From an uncultured virus (IMG/VR IMGVR_UViG_3300046010_007863) (lineage: Duplodnaviria; Heunggongvirae; Uroviricota; Caudoviricetes): a stretch of 64,000 bases of DNA. Where the stretch lies: the IMG/VR virus record IMGVR_UViG_3300046010_007863. One strand, 5' to 3'. The translations under genes were made by a program, and so were the position numbers. Shown piece by piece: positions 1-8,384 of the stretch; within the stretch, counting starts at the first letter, position 1, and the number at the start of each line of letters is the position of its first letter. The notes under the pieces are model-generated. The model saw only the letters and a program-made list of their open reading frames with translations. It was not told where the DNA came from and did no database searches.

Positions 1-135
1 GAGATGGTCTTCATAGTCCTTTAGTATCTTGTCAAACGGGTCTTTTCCGAATGCGTTTACTACTACGGGTACAAGGTCTTCGGGAATCTGACGGGACTCT
101 ACCCATTGGGCGATATGTGTTTCTTTTGTTTCCAT
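1..135 (-). CDS. Hypothetical protein, 5' part (runs off left edge)
   Basis: Own translation METKETHIAQWVESRQIPEDLVPVVVNAFGKDPFDK...; promoter motif immediately upstream at 141-172. Confidence 0.6.
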   Translation of the reverse strand, partial: METKETHIAQWVESRQIPEDLVPVVVNAFGKDPFDKILKDYEDHL

Positions 136-140
136 AGATA

Positions 141-172
141 CAATAATACGAAATTATCGGGAGAAATCCAAA
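141..172 (-). promoter_or_regulatory. Bacteroidota-type promoter (TTTGGA...CG-TATTATTG)
   Basis: Same TTTGGA to TA spacing (24 nt start-to-start) as the other copies in the window. Confidence 0.6.
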
Positions 173-486
173 CGCAAGCTGATGAAAAGATGATGAATAA
201 ATGTTAATGAATAAGATGAGGTTGCTGAAAGTAATTATGAATATAAGGGGAATGAGATTGCTGAATATGAATAGTTATTCATACTTTTGTAATGTAAGGT
301 TCATAAGAAGATTTTGTGTTTGCAGGTGTGAAAGAGTGTGTAGATTTTGTGAATAATGTGCCATACTTATGATAAGAGTGTGTAGGAAAGATAGTCAAGA
401 ACTCGATGTTTTGTTTGTCTTCGTTTGTTGTTGTCTTTTTCTGCATATTCTACATTAGCAATCTATAAACTATCTTATGGTATCTT

Positions 487-1104
487 ATGGGTAAACCCGT
501 TGGCAATCCCCCTTTAAACCTAACCGAGTCGCAGATTCGTTATGCGATGGAAAATACTTATTCCAATCTACAAGCGTCCAAGTTCCTCAACGTTTGTTAC
601 AATACTTACTTGAAGTATGCGGAACAATATATTGACCGAGAAACTGGTTTGAATCTTCGCGACTTACATAAGCAAAAAGTAAAACCAAAAGTAAAATCCG
701 AGTATGGTGCAACAGGTGATAAACGTAAATGGGATGGACCGTATAAAGAAAAGTTAGATGATATTCTTGCTGGGATGTATCCCCATTACCAACCTCGTAT
801 CCTTCGCAAAAGATTATTTTTATCGGGTATATTACCGATGGAATGTTCTTCTTGCGGTTGGAATGAGTGCCGGATTAGTGATCAAAATTATCCTCTTTGG
901 TTAGCGTTCCACGATAACAACTGGCGTAATAAGAAGTTAGAAAACATATACTTACTTTGTTTCAACTGTTACTTTTTGCAGATAGGTTCCCTCGGTCAAA
1001 AGTATCAAGGGATGACGTATGGTACAAGAAGTAAACCGCGTTGGGATGGAAAGAAGAAAGCGTTTTGGAAAACAAAAGGTGACGAAGAAACTCCATCACC
1101 TTAG
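487..1104 (+). CDS. HNH-endonuclease-like zinc-binding protein with N-terminal HTH-like region
   Basis: CSSC...PLWLAFHDNNWRNKKLENIYLLCFNC resembles the CxxC...L.lhHiDG...NN..eNL..LCpNC HNH family, degenerate at the His positions. Confidence 0.6.
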   Translation: MGKPVGNPPLNLTESQIRYAMENTYSNLQASKFLNVCYNTYLKYAEQYIDRETGLNLRDLHKQKVKPKVKSEYGATGDKRKWDGPYKEKLDDILAGMYPHYQPRILRKRLFLSGILPMECSSCGWNECRISDQNYPLWLAFHDNNWRNKKLENIYLLCFNCYFLQIGSLGQKYQGMTYGTRSKPRWDGKKKAFWKTKGDEETPSP

Positions 1105-1132
1105 TGGAATTGTTTTAGATGTACCGTGGTCT

Positions 1133-1498
1133 CTACTTGTAGTTACGTTCGATGAACGATGTTAGATCATCAACGATCTTTTGCAGACTTTGATACGTAA
1201 ATCGTCTTGCTTGCTGATATGCCGAATACCTTTCCCGACTGAACTCGCCAGCTTGAAAACCTGGTATGCTTTTTAGTTCCTTTGGGACAATATCATTCAT
1301 GTCTTCTAAATATGCTCTCATAGACATAACGGTGGATGCAATATCAAGAAATACTTCTTTCGTTTCCTTCACAGAATCGCCGTCACCTCTCGATTTGATT
1401 CTCTTGATTTTGGACTCAAGTCCGCTTGTGTTCACTGTATTGTCTTCGTTTAGTGTGTTTTCGTTTAGTAGACCAGCGAGTTTCTTCAATCTATCCAT
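1133..1498 (-). CDS. Hypothetical protein with N-terminal RLKKLAGLLNE motif (possible internal head protein)
   Basis: ORF with GGAG RBS and upstream TATTTAT motif; N-terminal motif shared with 25928..26221. Confidence 0.7.
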   Translation of the reverse strand: MDRLKKLAGLLNENTLNEDNTVNTSGLESKIKRIKSRGDGDSVKETKEVFLDIASTVMSMRAYLEDMNDIVPKELKSIPGFQAGEFSRERYSAYQQARRFTYQSLQKIVDDLTSFIERNYK

Positions 1499-1537
1499 TT
1501 TGTTCTCCTAGTAATTGTTGTATTGTAATAAATAGAA

Positions 1538-1570
1538 ACCCCGATGAAAATTCCGGATAATCATCGGGGT
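1538..1570. terminator. Hairpin, probable intrinsic terminator
   Basis: ACCCCGATGA...TCATCGGGGT inverted repeat just downstream of 1575..1976. Confidence 0.55.
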
Positions 1571-1574
1571 TGTG

Positions 1575-1976
1575 TCAAGTAGGAGAATCACCATCCATTA
1601 CCATATCAACCAATTGCGAGCATAGTTCAGTTCTGTCTTGTGTATCAAGGAATAGTTCTCGCTTACTATCTACCGGGACGTAAGATTCAAACAATTCATC
1701 AATTACATCTTCGTCAATCGAATCAAAGATAATTTCCCACTTATTGGCTGTACCAATCGTCTCTTGAAGTACCGCGAGAATCACATCGTCACCAACGGCT
1801 TCAGCGTACTTATCAATAAACTCGTTATCGTCCATGTCCATATACTTCTGCTTCAGTTCATCACCCATTTGAACAACGGTCTCTTCGTCGTTGTATGATG
1901 CAATACTACGGATGGTCTCGATGATGAGTGCTTCCCGTGGTGTAAGTTTCATATTGATTGTTGGGTTGGATTTCAT
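1575..1976 (-). CDS. Acidic hypothetical protein
   Basis: 133-aa ORF with AAAGGA-CAACAATG-type leader. Confidence 0.7.
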   Translation of the reverse strand: MKSNPTINMKLTPREALIIETIRSIASYNDEETVVQMGDELKQKYMDMDDNEFIDKYAEAVGDDVILAVLQETIGTANKWEIIFDSIDEDVIDELFESYVPVDSKRELFLDTQDRTELCSQLVDMVMDGDSPT

Positions 1977-2002
1977 TGTTGTGTTCCTTTGTTGTTTTGT
2001 TG

Positions 2003-2395
2003 TTATACTATTGTATTTGGCATTTCAGGAAAATCATCTTTGGTAACATCTCCTGTCAGTCGGACGTTACCGTTCTCACCGAATAACTTGAAGCAAAGAG
2101 TATTGTATAGACCCGATACGTGATTCCAATTTACAATCACACCATCGACTTCCGGCCTATGTACACCCTTGACTGGAATACTGTGTGCACAGTTCCCACT
2201 GATAAGTCGGTTGATACCCGACTTAGCTATTGCGAAATACTTGAATTCGTGCGATGTACCGCAATTCAAATATTCATCTCCGTTCTGATCCCAAACACGC
2301 CACTCTCCGTCAACAATCACGTTGCCCTGTGGATCAACGTTGGTTGATTTATGGACGTAGGAGGCACGAAGATAGATGAAGTTTTGGTTAGCCAT
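2003..2395 (-). CDS. Stand-alone paralogue of the N-terminal domain of the adjacent AAA+ ATPase
   Basis: MANQNFIYLRAS, WRVWDQNG, AKSGINRLI and FKLFGENGNVRLT...DFP match the N-terminus of 2517..3725. Confidence 0.8.
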   Translation of the reverse strand: MANQNFIYLRASYVHKSTNVDPQGNVIVDGEWRVWDQNGDEYLNCGTSHEFKYFAIAKSGINRLISGNCAHSIPVKGVHRPEVDGVIVNWNHVSGLYNTLCFKLFGENGNVRLTGDVTKDDFPEMPNTIV

Positions 2396-2428
2396 TGTTT
2401 TGTTTTCTTTGTTTTAGATACCGCGGTT

Positions 2429-2502
2429 AAAAAGAGTGGGAGGGAACGACCGCCAATTCACAGTCCTATTGCTCCGGTTACAGAGCTCACCCTCCCATTC
2501 TC
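2429..2502 (-). ncRNA. Candidate structured RNA / terminator with three-way junction
   Basis: Outer stem GGGAGGG/CCCUCCC followed by U5; two inner hairpins GCUCU/GGAGC and GACUGU/GCGGUC. Confidence 0.45.
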
Positions 2503-2516
2503 ACACACAAGGACGG

Positions 2517-3725
2517 TTAGGACTTAACCGTATCATTTTCATCGAACATATTATCGGACTTCAGGTTCTCATCAGGGATGAACTTCTGAACAATCTGCTT
2601 CACATAGGTACGCTCTGATTCGAGACCACCGTCGTTAGAGTAGTAAGGATAGATACAAACATCAGCGGCTTCTTGAAGTGTGAACCCGTCACAGATAAGA
2701 CCAGCGGCAGCAAGAAGTGTACGAGTAGAGATAGCCGTAGAGATACGTGAACCGTCCATAGCTTCAATCTGTGTGGCGTTGTAAACGTCCGCAAGAATCT
2801 CAACCGTCTTCGCATCCATTGTAGGACACGTCATCGAGACAAGTTCCATCTGTTGTTGCTTGTTGAGGATGTCCATCTCAAGGATTTGGAAACGGTCAGC
2901 GATAGCACGGTCAATCTGACGTGTTGACGTGTACTCCATACCGATGTTCGCGGTAGCAATAAAAGAAACACCGTTGGCTACCTTGATAACAGGAGATTGG
3001 GGTGATTCATCTACACGTACATAACGTTGTGATTCATCGAGAACAGTCATGAGAATGTTCCAAGCTTCAGGGTGGGCACGTGACAACTCATCAAGAAGGA
3101 TAACCGCGTTCTCTGTTTGAAGTGCCTTGATGAACGTAGAGTCAGCGAAGTAAGTACCCGTGTCCTTGTTGAAGTGGGTGTTACCAATCAGAGTAGAACG
3201 TGGGTCTTGTGTAGCGCCAAGGTTGAAGTAGAAGAACGGACGTTCCATCGCGTTAGCTACCGTGGTAACTGCAAGTGTCTTACCACAACCAGCAGGGCCT
3301 GTAATCATAAGGTTCTTACCACGAAGAACCGAACGAACAAGGTACTTCCACTTCACGTCAGAGAGGATAAGTGTCTTTGGACGAATGTCAGGTGACGTGT
3401 GAATCATGTTCAGAACCGCTTGTTCGTTCTGTGGTGCAGTCAAGGTAAACTCCTGTGTGTTAGATTCTGTTGTAGATTGTGAGATAGGTTCTGGTGGGAA
3501 GTCGTTTCCGTAAACTTCGTTAGTGATACGAACGTTACCACCTTCAAACATCTTGAAGTAAAGGTCGAAGAACTCTTCTCCTTCGGAGCCGTACTTACGG
3601 ATAAGACGGTCAATACCTGCCTTGCCATCCGCATAGTAGTTCTTCTCGTTACCGTTCTGGTCCCATACGTGCCAGTAACCGTCGATGACCGAGGCGCGAA
3701 GATAGGTGAAGTTTTGGTTAGCCAT
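2517..3725 (-). CDS. MoxR-type (CbbQ/NorQ/CobS-like) AAA+ ATPase
   Basis: Walker A GPAGCGKT, Walker B ILLDELSR, ATAN, DRAIADRF, ISTRTL; start moved to ATG 3725 (AAGGA RBS, promoter at 3770-3800). Confidence 0.9.
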   Translation of the reverse strand: MANQNFTYLRASVIDGYWHVWDQNGNEKNYYADGKAGIDRLIRKYGSEGEEFFDLYFKMFEGGNVRITNEVYGNDFPPEPISQSTTESNTQEFTLTAPQNEQAVLNMIHTSPDIRPKTLILSDVKWKYLVRSVLRGKNLMITGPAGCGKTLAVTTVANAMERPFFYFNLGATQDPRSTLIGNTHFNKDTGTYFADSTFIKALQTENAVILLDELSRAHPEAWNILMTVLDESQRYVRVDESPQSPVIKVANGVSFIATANIGMEYTSTRQIDRAIADRFQILEMDILNKQQQMELVSMTCPTMDAKTVEILADVYNATQIEAMDGSRISTAISTRTLLAAAGLICDGFTLQEAADVCIYPYYSNDGGLESERTYVKQIVQKFIPDENLKSDNMFDENDTVKS

Positions 3726-3769
3726 TGTGTTGTCCTTGTGTGTTTGTGTTTGTGAATTTTTGAACGATA

Positions 3770-3800
3770 CAAAACTACGGAATTTTTCCGTAAAAGTCAA
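3770..3800 (-). promoter_or_regulatory. Promoter TTGAC...CG-TAGTTTTG for the AAA ATPase
   Basis: TAnnTTTG matches the Bacteroidota -7 element. Confidence 0.7.
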
Positions 3801-3805
3801 GCCCC

Positions 3806-3844
3806 TGTGGATAACTTTTTAAGTCCTTGATTTATAAGGACTTA
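3806..3844 (-). promoter_or_regulatory. Composite element: 25-bp palindrome + AAAAG + DnaA box
   Basis: TAAGTCCTT-GATTTAT-AAGGACTTA (3820-3844) next to TGTGGATAA (3806-3814). Confidence 0.75.
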
Positions 3845-4120
3845 TCAGATACCGTCCCGAAGCCATAGTGAATCTTCGTTATCTACACGAGTGTAGAACT
3901 TACCACCGGAGAAGTTACATACCCATTCATATGTTCCTTCACCGATGTCTTCATGAGGAACAAGTCCATCATACATCTCATCGAGGAGGTCGAAGGCAAT
4001 ATCGTTTGAAAGTGCGAGTGTGTCTGTGTCATTCATATACGTCTGAATGTTACAGTATGCTTGATTAGAAAGCTTGAGTTGTGCGGTCATTGGTGCCTCT
4101 TCGCAGAATGTGATCTTCAT
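3845..4120 (-). CDS. Hypothetical protein
   Basis: 91-aa ORF, TAATG-coupled to the upstream gene. Confidence 0.65.
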   Translation of the reverse strand: MKITFCEEAPMTAQLKLSNQAYCNIQTYMNDTDTLALSNDIAFDLLDEMYDGLVPHEDIGEGTYEWVCNFSGGKFYTRVDNEDSLWLRDGI

Positions 4121-4356
4121 TAGTTACCGAACGTCTTGATGTTGAACATATTGTGAATCTTCGTAGAAGCCTCCAAGAACGAGTAACCGTTCTCATTGGC
4201 GAACTGTGAACATGAACGTGCGAACCGTGAGTAGGCGTTGATACGTTCATCACCACTTGAGGTGTAGAACTCACGGAGTGCGGAACCTGATTGTTCTGCG
4301 AGATTCCAAAATACTTCACCTTGTGAAGCTGGTGCGAATAATGGAAGTTGTGTCAT
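4120..4356 (-). CDS. Hypothetical protein
   Basis: Likely start MTQLPLF at 4356, just after the stop of 4362..4574. Confidence 0.6.
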   Translation of the reverse strand: MTQLPLFAPASQGEVFWNLAEQSGSALREFYTSSGDERINAYSRFARSCSQFANENGYSFLEASTKIHNMFNIKTFGN

Positions 4357-4361
4357 TGGTG

Positions 4362-4574
4362 TTACCCTTGTGTGTAATAAACTGTTCGTTCCACGAGAAG
4401 AGTCTCGTTCTGTTCGGGAGACAAGAAACCCATCTCGAATTTCATCTCGTCCCACGTCGATACCGTCCTTATAGAAGAACCCGCGTATGTATTAGCGAAG
4501 TTCGCCGATACGTTCTCATCGAACGTCATTACTGACTTGTCACCGTTGGTGACGATGTAGAGTGAAGGAATCAT
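4362..4574 (-). CDS. Hypothetical protein
   Basis: 70-aa ORF, TAATG-coupled. Confidence 0.6.
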   Translation of the reverse strand: MIPSLYIVTNGDKSVMTFDENVSANFANTYAGSSIRTVSTWDEMKFEMGFLSPEQNETLLVERTVYYTQG

Positions 4575-4837
4575 TACTTGTTCTCCAACATACGTTCTTG
4601 ACCGAACTTGATACCGGCATCAAAACCTTCATTGAAAGATTCATCCGCGGTATCGTGACCGATACCCATAAGAATTACTTCAAAGGAAGTGAGAAGAGCG
4701 TAGTCAGACATACTTGCGATTGACTTGTCCGAGTAATAACGACGGACATCAATTTGACGGAGGCGAGCCTCCATCTGTTCACGTAAAGAGAGATCTTTGA
4801 GATCCCTATTTACTTTTGGATAATCATACAGTTTCAT
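4574..4837 (-). CDS. Hypothetical protein
   Basis: Start MKLYDYPK at 4837 with AAGGA RBS, downstream of the promoter at 4871-4902. Confidence 0.65.
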   Translation of the reverse strand: MKLYDYPKVNRDLKDLSLREQMEARLRQIDVRRYYSDKSIASMSDYALLTSFEVILMGIGHDTADESFNEGFDAGIKFGQERMLENK

Positions 4838-4870
4838 CGACTGTCCTTGTGAGTGGTTTTTTCTAATACA

Positions 4871-4902
4871 CAAATCTACGGCATATATCTGACAATTCCA
4901 AA
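4871..4902 (-). promoter_or_regulatory. Promoter TTTGGA...CG-TAGATTTG
   Basis: TAnnTTTG; first 16 nt TTTGGAATTGTCAGAT identical to the promoter at 16565. Confidence 0.7.
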
Positions 4903-4907
4903 TACTT

Positions 4908-5049
4908 TTTTCCACACCAATGTGGATAACTTTTTAAGTCCTTATAAATCAAAGGGTTACAAGATAATTAATTTTTATTCATAATTCTTTTCTTCGTAAG
5001 TCCTTGATCTATAAGGGGTTATCGTAAGTCCTTGATTTATAAGGACTTA
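4908..5049. promoter_or_regulatory. Divergent control region: two inverted DnaA boxes and three 25-bp palindromes
   Basis: TTTTCCACA 4908-4916, TGTGGATAA 4921-4929; palindromes at 4935-4959, 4997-5021 and 5025-5049. Confidence 0.7.
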
Positions 5050-5058
5050 CAAAAAAGA

Positions 5059-5089
5059 TTTGGAAGTTAGTAGAAAATTCCGTAGTTTG
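5059..5089 (+). promoter_or_regulatory. Promoter TTTGGA...CG-TAGTTTG for the vWA gene
   Basis: Conserved motif and spacing. Confidence 0.65.
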
Positions 5090-5130
5090 TGGAACATTCC
5101 ATGAACACACAATTCTCACACAGGAGTAAT

Positions 5131-7269
5131 ATGTCAACAGCAAAACGTTCACCGTGGTTTCTTTCCAAAGAGAAGTCGTCACGTTCTAACTTTTGGAAGT
5201 CCCGTAATTCGGGATATTCCGCGTCGAACTATTGGTTGAAGGATTCTATCTTCGAGAAGAAGCAATCCTCGTTCTTCTCTGATGACCCAACTTTGGAAAA
5301 TGAATCGAAGTATGACCACATCCAATTGGCACAATACCAACGTGCGATTGCAAACTTCGTTCGTATTCTTACAGGTCGTGGTGACATCCAAGTGAAGTAC
5401 AATAACGGTGGTAATTCATATACAGACGGTAAGACAATTACTCTTTCACCGAACATCAAGGAGAAGGAGTTTGATACTGCAGTGGGTCTTGCTCTTCACG
5501 AAGCATCACACATCCTCTATACAGACTTTGACCGAACGAACAAGTATATTGACGATACTGTTAGGAATACGGGTTCACGTTATTCCGATGAGGTAGACCA
5601 ACGTAAACTTCTTCTCAACCTCGTGGAAGACCTTTACATTGACGCGATGACGTATCGTTCTGCTCCTGGTTACCGTGGTTACTATTCATCACTCTACCAA
5701 AAGTATTTCGGTGATAAGAAGATTGTAGAAGGTCTGTGGTCTCGTGACTACGCGGAACCAACGTGGAACAACTATCTGTTTCACCTTATCAATATCCGCA
5801 ACCCTGAACGTAACCTCCAAGCCCTTCCTGGTCTTGACAAGATGTTCCAAATGCTAGACTTACCGAACGTTCTTCGTATGTCCAACTTCGATGACCGTCT
5901 TACGTTGTCCGTTCGTTTGTTTGAAACAATCAAGGACTACGTTGATGCAACGAAGGAATATCAACAACAGTTACAGTCACAGATGGGTGACGGTGACGGT
6001 AGTAGTGAAGAAGAGATGACACAATCTCTGAATGACCTCCTTGAACAGATGGCAGACCAACAAGAGTCTGATGACGAACAAGAAGGTAACGGTGGTGGTA
6101 GTGGTGAAGGTCAATTCACCGCATCCAACGGTATCAACATCAGTGAAGAGATGGAAGGTACAAATGCACTTGACCTCGATAAGTTGTCAGACAAGGCAAA
6201 GGAACAACTTCGTAAGCTCCTTGAAGGACAGAAGGAGTTTATCAAGGGTCAACCAAAGAAGGGTAAGTTGTCCAAGGCAGACCAACGGAAGGTTGATGCT
6301 TGGGCTGAAGTTGATATGGAAAAGAAGACCGTCGGTGCAAACTCCGAGTTCAGTAAGAAGGGTCTTCCACTTTACATCATCAATGATGTTACCAATTCGT
6401 TCATTGAGAATCTCGGTCCAACGTATGGACTCCGTAACTATGTTAGTCAATACAGTCAGAACCGTATCAACGATGCCATCAACCGTGGTAAGTTACTTGC
6501 TAAGAAGCTTCAACTTCGTAACGAAGAACGTTCTCTGAAGACATCACGTCTTGATAGTGGTAAGATTGACAAGCGTCTTCTTCATGAGATTGGGTTCGAT
6601 AACTTTGACATCTTTCAGAAGGTGAACATCAACGCTTACAAGCCATCATACATTCACATCTCTATTGACCAGTCGGGTTCAATGGCTTATGGTAAGTTGG
6701 ATTCAGCGATGGAGTTTGCTGCTATGTTCGCTACGGCATCAAAGTACATCAAGAACATTCACCTTGTTATCTCACTTCGTTCTACGTTTGACGGTTCGGG
6801 TAAGAACAGTTGGTCTCGTAGTAATAAACAGAATGTTCCATACCTCATGTATATCTTTGATTCAAAGAAGCACAATATCCAACACGTTCGTTCACTCTTC
6901 CCAAAGGTTTCTGCAAACAATCTGACGCCAGAGGGATTGTGTTTCGACGGTATCATGAAAGATACTATTCAGAAGTCTGCCAATACAGAGGCTTACTTCA
7001 TCAACATCTGTGACGGTGAACCGTACATGAATTACAGTTCAGGTAATGGTTCGTTTGACTATGCAGGCGATCAAGCTCGTGCTCACTCACGTAAGCAGAT
7101 GCAACGTATGGAACAGAACGGTGTGAAGTTCATCACGTACTTCATCGGTAGTAAGTATGACTTTGAAGCGGTAGAGAAGTGTTATGGTAAGAACGCAGTC
7201 CTTCTGCAACGTGCAGATGAGATTGGTGTAATTACAAAGACGATGAACAAGAAGTTGCTTTCCGTCTAA
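5131..7269 (+). CDS. vWA-domain protein with N-terminal HExxH metallopeptidase-like domain (CobT-like partner of the MoxR ATPase)
   Basis: SYTDGKTI, ALHEASH, LLNLVEDLYID, acidic linker, SGKIDKRLL, MIDAS DQSGSM, TPEG, ICDGEP; AGGAG RBS before ATG 5131. Confidence 0.88.
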   Translation: MSTAKRSPWFLSKEKSSRSNFWKSRNSGYSASNYWLKDSIFEKKQSSFFSDDPTLENESKYDHIQLAQYQRAIANFVRILTGRGDIQVKYNNGGNSYTDGKTITLSPNIKEKEFDTAVGLALHEASHILYTDFDRTNKYIDDTVRNTGSRYSDEVDQRKLLLNLVEDLYIDAMTYRSAPGYRGYYSSLYQKYFGDKKIVEGLWSRDYAEPTWNNYLFHLINIRNPERNLQALPGLDKMFQMLDLPNVLRMSNFDDRLTLSVRLFETIKDYVDATKEYQQQLQSQMGDGDGSSEEEMTQSLNDLLEQMADQQESDDEQEGNGGGSGEGQFTASNGINISEEMEGTNALDLDKLSDKAKEQLRKLLEGQKEFIKGQPKKGKLSKADQRKVDAWAEVDMEKKTVGANSEFSKKGLPLYIINDVTNSFIENLGPTYGLRNYVSQYSQNRINDAINRGKLLAKKLQLRNEERSLKTSRLDSGKIDKRLLHEIGFDNFDIFQKVNINAYKPSYIHISIDQSGSMAYGKLDSAMEFAAMFATASKYIKNIHLVISLRSTFDGSGKNSWSRSNKQNVPYLMYIFDSKKHNIQHVRSLFPKVSANNLTPEGLCFDGIMKDTIQKSANTEAYFINICDGEPYMNYSSGNGSFDYAGDQARAHSRKQMQRMEQNGVKFITYFIGSKYDFEAVEKCYGKNAVLLQRADEIGVITKTMNKKLLSV

Positions 7270-7306
7270 TCTTCTTCACCACTTACAATATACAAAAGAA
7301 ACAACT

Positions 7307-7804
7307 ATGATCAAAACAGCACGTCTCAAGAAGTTCAACCGTACATGGAAGTATAAACCCCAACGGGACATTCCATTGTACAACCTATCTAAACGCTCGG
7401 TAACAGACGAACAACTAAACGAGTTCTTTGACTATACACTACAATGGTGCGAGAAGAAGTTCGGTAAGGTAAAGGGAAAGCCGGTGCCTTATATCGAATG
7501 GTCATGGAACGACCGGTGGTATCAAAAAAAGAAGTTGCTTGCTTTATATGATAAGGAAGACAATCAGATTGATATTAGAATACAAGGACATCGCAATATC
7601 TACAACCTTGCCAACACTATCATACATGAGTACATACACTACCTACAACCTACACATGGTAATTGGTATGAAAGGTATGACAAGATGCACGGGTATTCTA
7701 ACAATCCCTATGAGATAGAAGCATACCACTTGGGGGAGACCTATGCAGTAGAGTGCGCTAGAACCGTCCTACAATGGATGAAAAAAGGAGGTAAAAATCG
7801 ATAA
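7307..7804 (+). CDS. Zincin-like metallopeptidase
   Basis: TIIHEYIHYLQ...NPYEIEA motif. Confidence 0.7.
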   Translation: MIKTARLKKFNRTWKYKPQRDIPLYNLSKRSVTDEQLNEFFDYTLQWCEKKFGKVKGKPVPYIEWSWNDRWYQKKKLLALYDKEDNQIDIRIQGHRNIYNLANTIIHEYIHYLQPTHGNWYERYDKMHGYSNNPYEIEAYHLGETYAVECARTVLQWMKKGGKNR

Positions 7805-8040
7805 TTACCCTACCCGTAATAGGGGGTAATATACCGCCAAAACCCCTATAAACAGGGGTATTTGACCCTCCTATACCCCTATAATGGGGGTGCCCGAATT
7901 ACCCTATTTTACCCCTATTTTGACCCCTAAAAAGGGGGTAAATACCCCAAATACCCCTGTTTATAGGGGTAGGGGGGTGGGGGTAATTAGACGTAAATCC
8001 ATAGGGGGGAGGGGGTCGCAGGAGGGGGCCGAAACCCGTT
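7804..8040. repeat. Non-coding G/C-tract island with 23-bp perfect inverted repeat
   Basis: ACCCCTATAAACAGGGGTATTTG (7842-7864) / CAAATACCCCTGTTTATAGGGGT (7948-7970); several G4-G6 runs. Confidence 0.8.
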
Positions 8041-8082
8041 TTTATATCGAGGTCAATTTTTTGCTTAAGGAAAACCTAGTTC

Positions 8083-8157
8083 TAACCCCTTACGGTGTAA
8101 GGACTTAAAAAGTTATCCACACCCTATTGACTTGTATCTGAAAATTCCGTATCTTTG
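8083..8157 (+). promoter_or_regulatory. Palindrome + DnaA box + promoter
   Basis: TAACCCCTT-N7-AAGGACTTA, AAAAG, TTATCCACA (8113-8121), then TTGAC (8127)...CG-TATCTTTG. Confidence 0.75.
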
Positions 8158-8186
8158 TATTCACATTTTCCACATCAGGAGACATT

Positions 8187-8384
8187 ATGTCTAACATCAA
8201 GTTTATCATCTATCAATCATTTCATGACAATCCTGAAGTGTTGGTTACTACACCAAAGTTGGAAAAACAACTCATTGAGGATTGGTTCTTCGTTGGTAGT
8301 GGTCGGGACATCGAAGACTATGATCGTACAGAACACAACGAGACGGGTATTCTTATCCGTAACGAAGGTTTGAGGGTAATGTAA
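8187..8384 (+). CDS. Hypothetical protein
   Basis: AGGAG RBS; first gene after the promoter. Confidence 0.7.
   Translation: MSNIKFIIYQSFHDNPEVLVTTPKLEKQLIEDWFFVGSGRDIEDYDRTEHNETGILIRNEGLRVM

Noticed and set aside
2429..2502. Known self-cleaving ribozyme
   Set aside because: No hammerhead CUGAnGA/GAAA core and no twister/pistol consensus recognisable by eye; kept only as an unassigned structure
7884..8108. 74-aa ORF across the G/C-tract island
   Set aside because: No RBS, low-complexity translation, and it overlaps inverted repeats and the regulatory module
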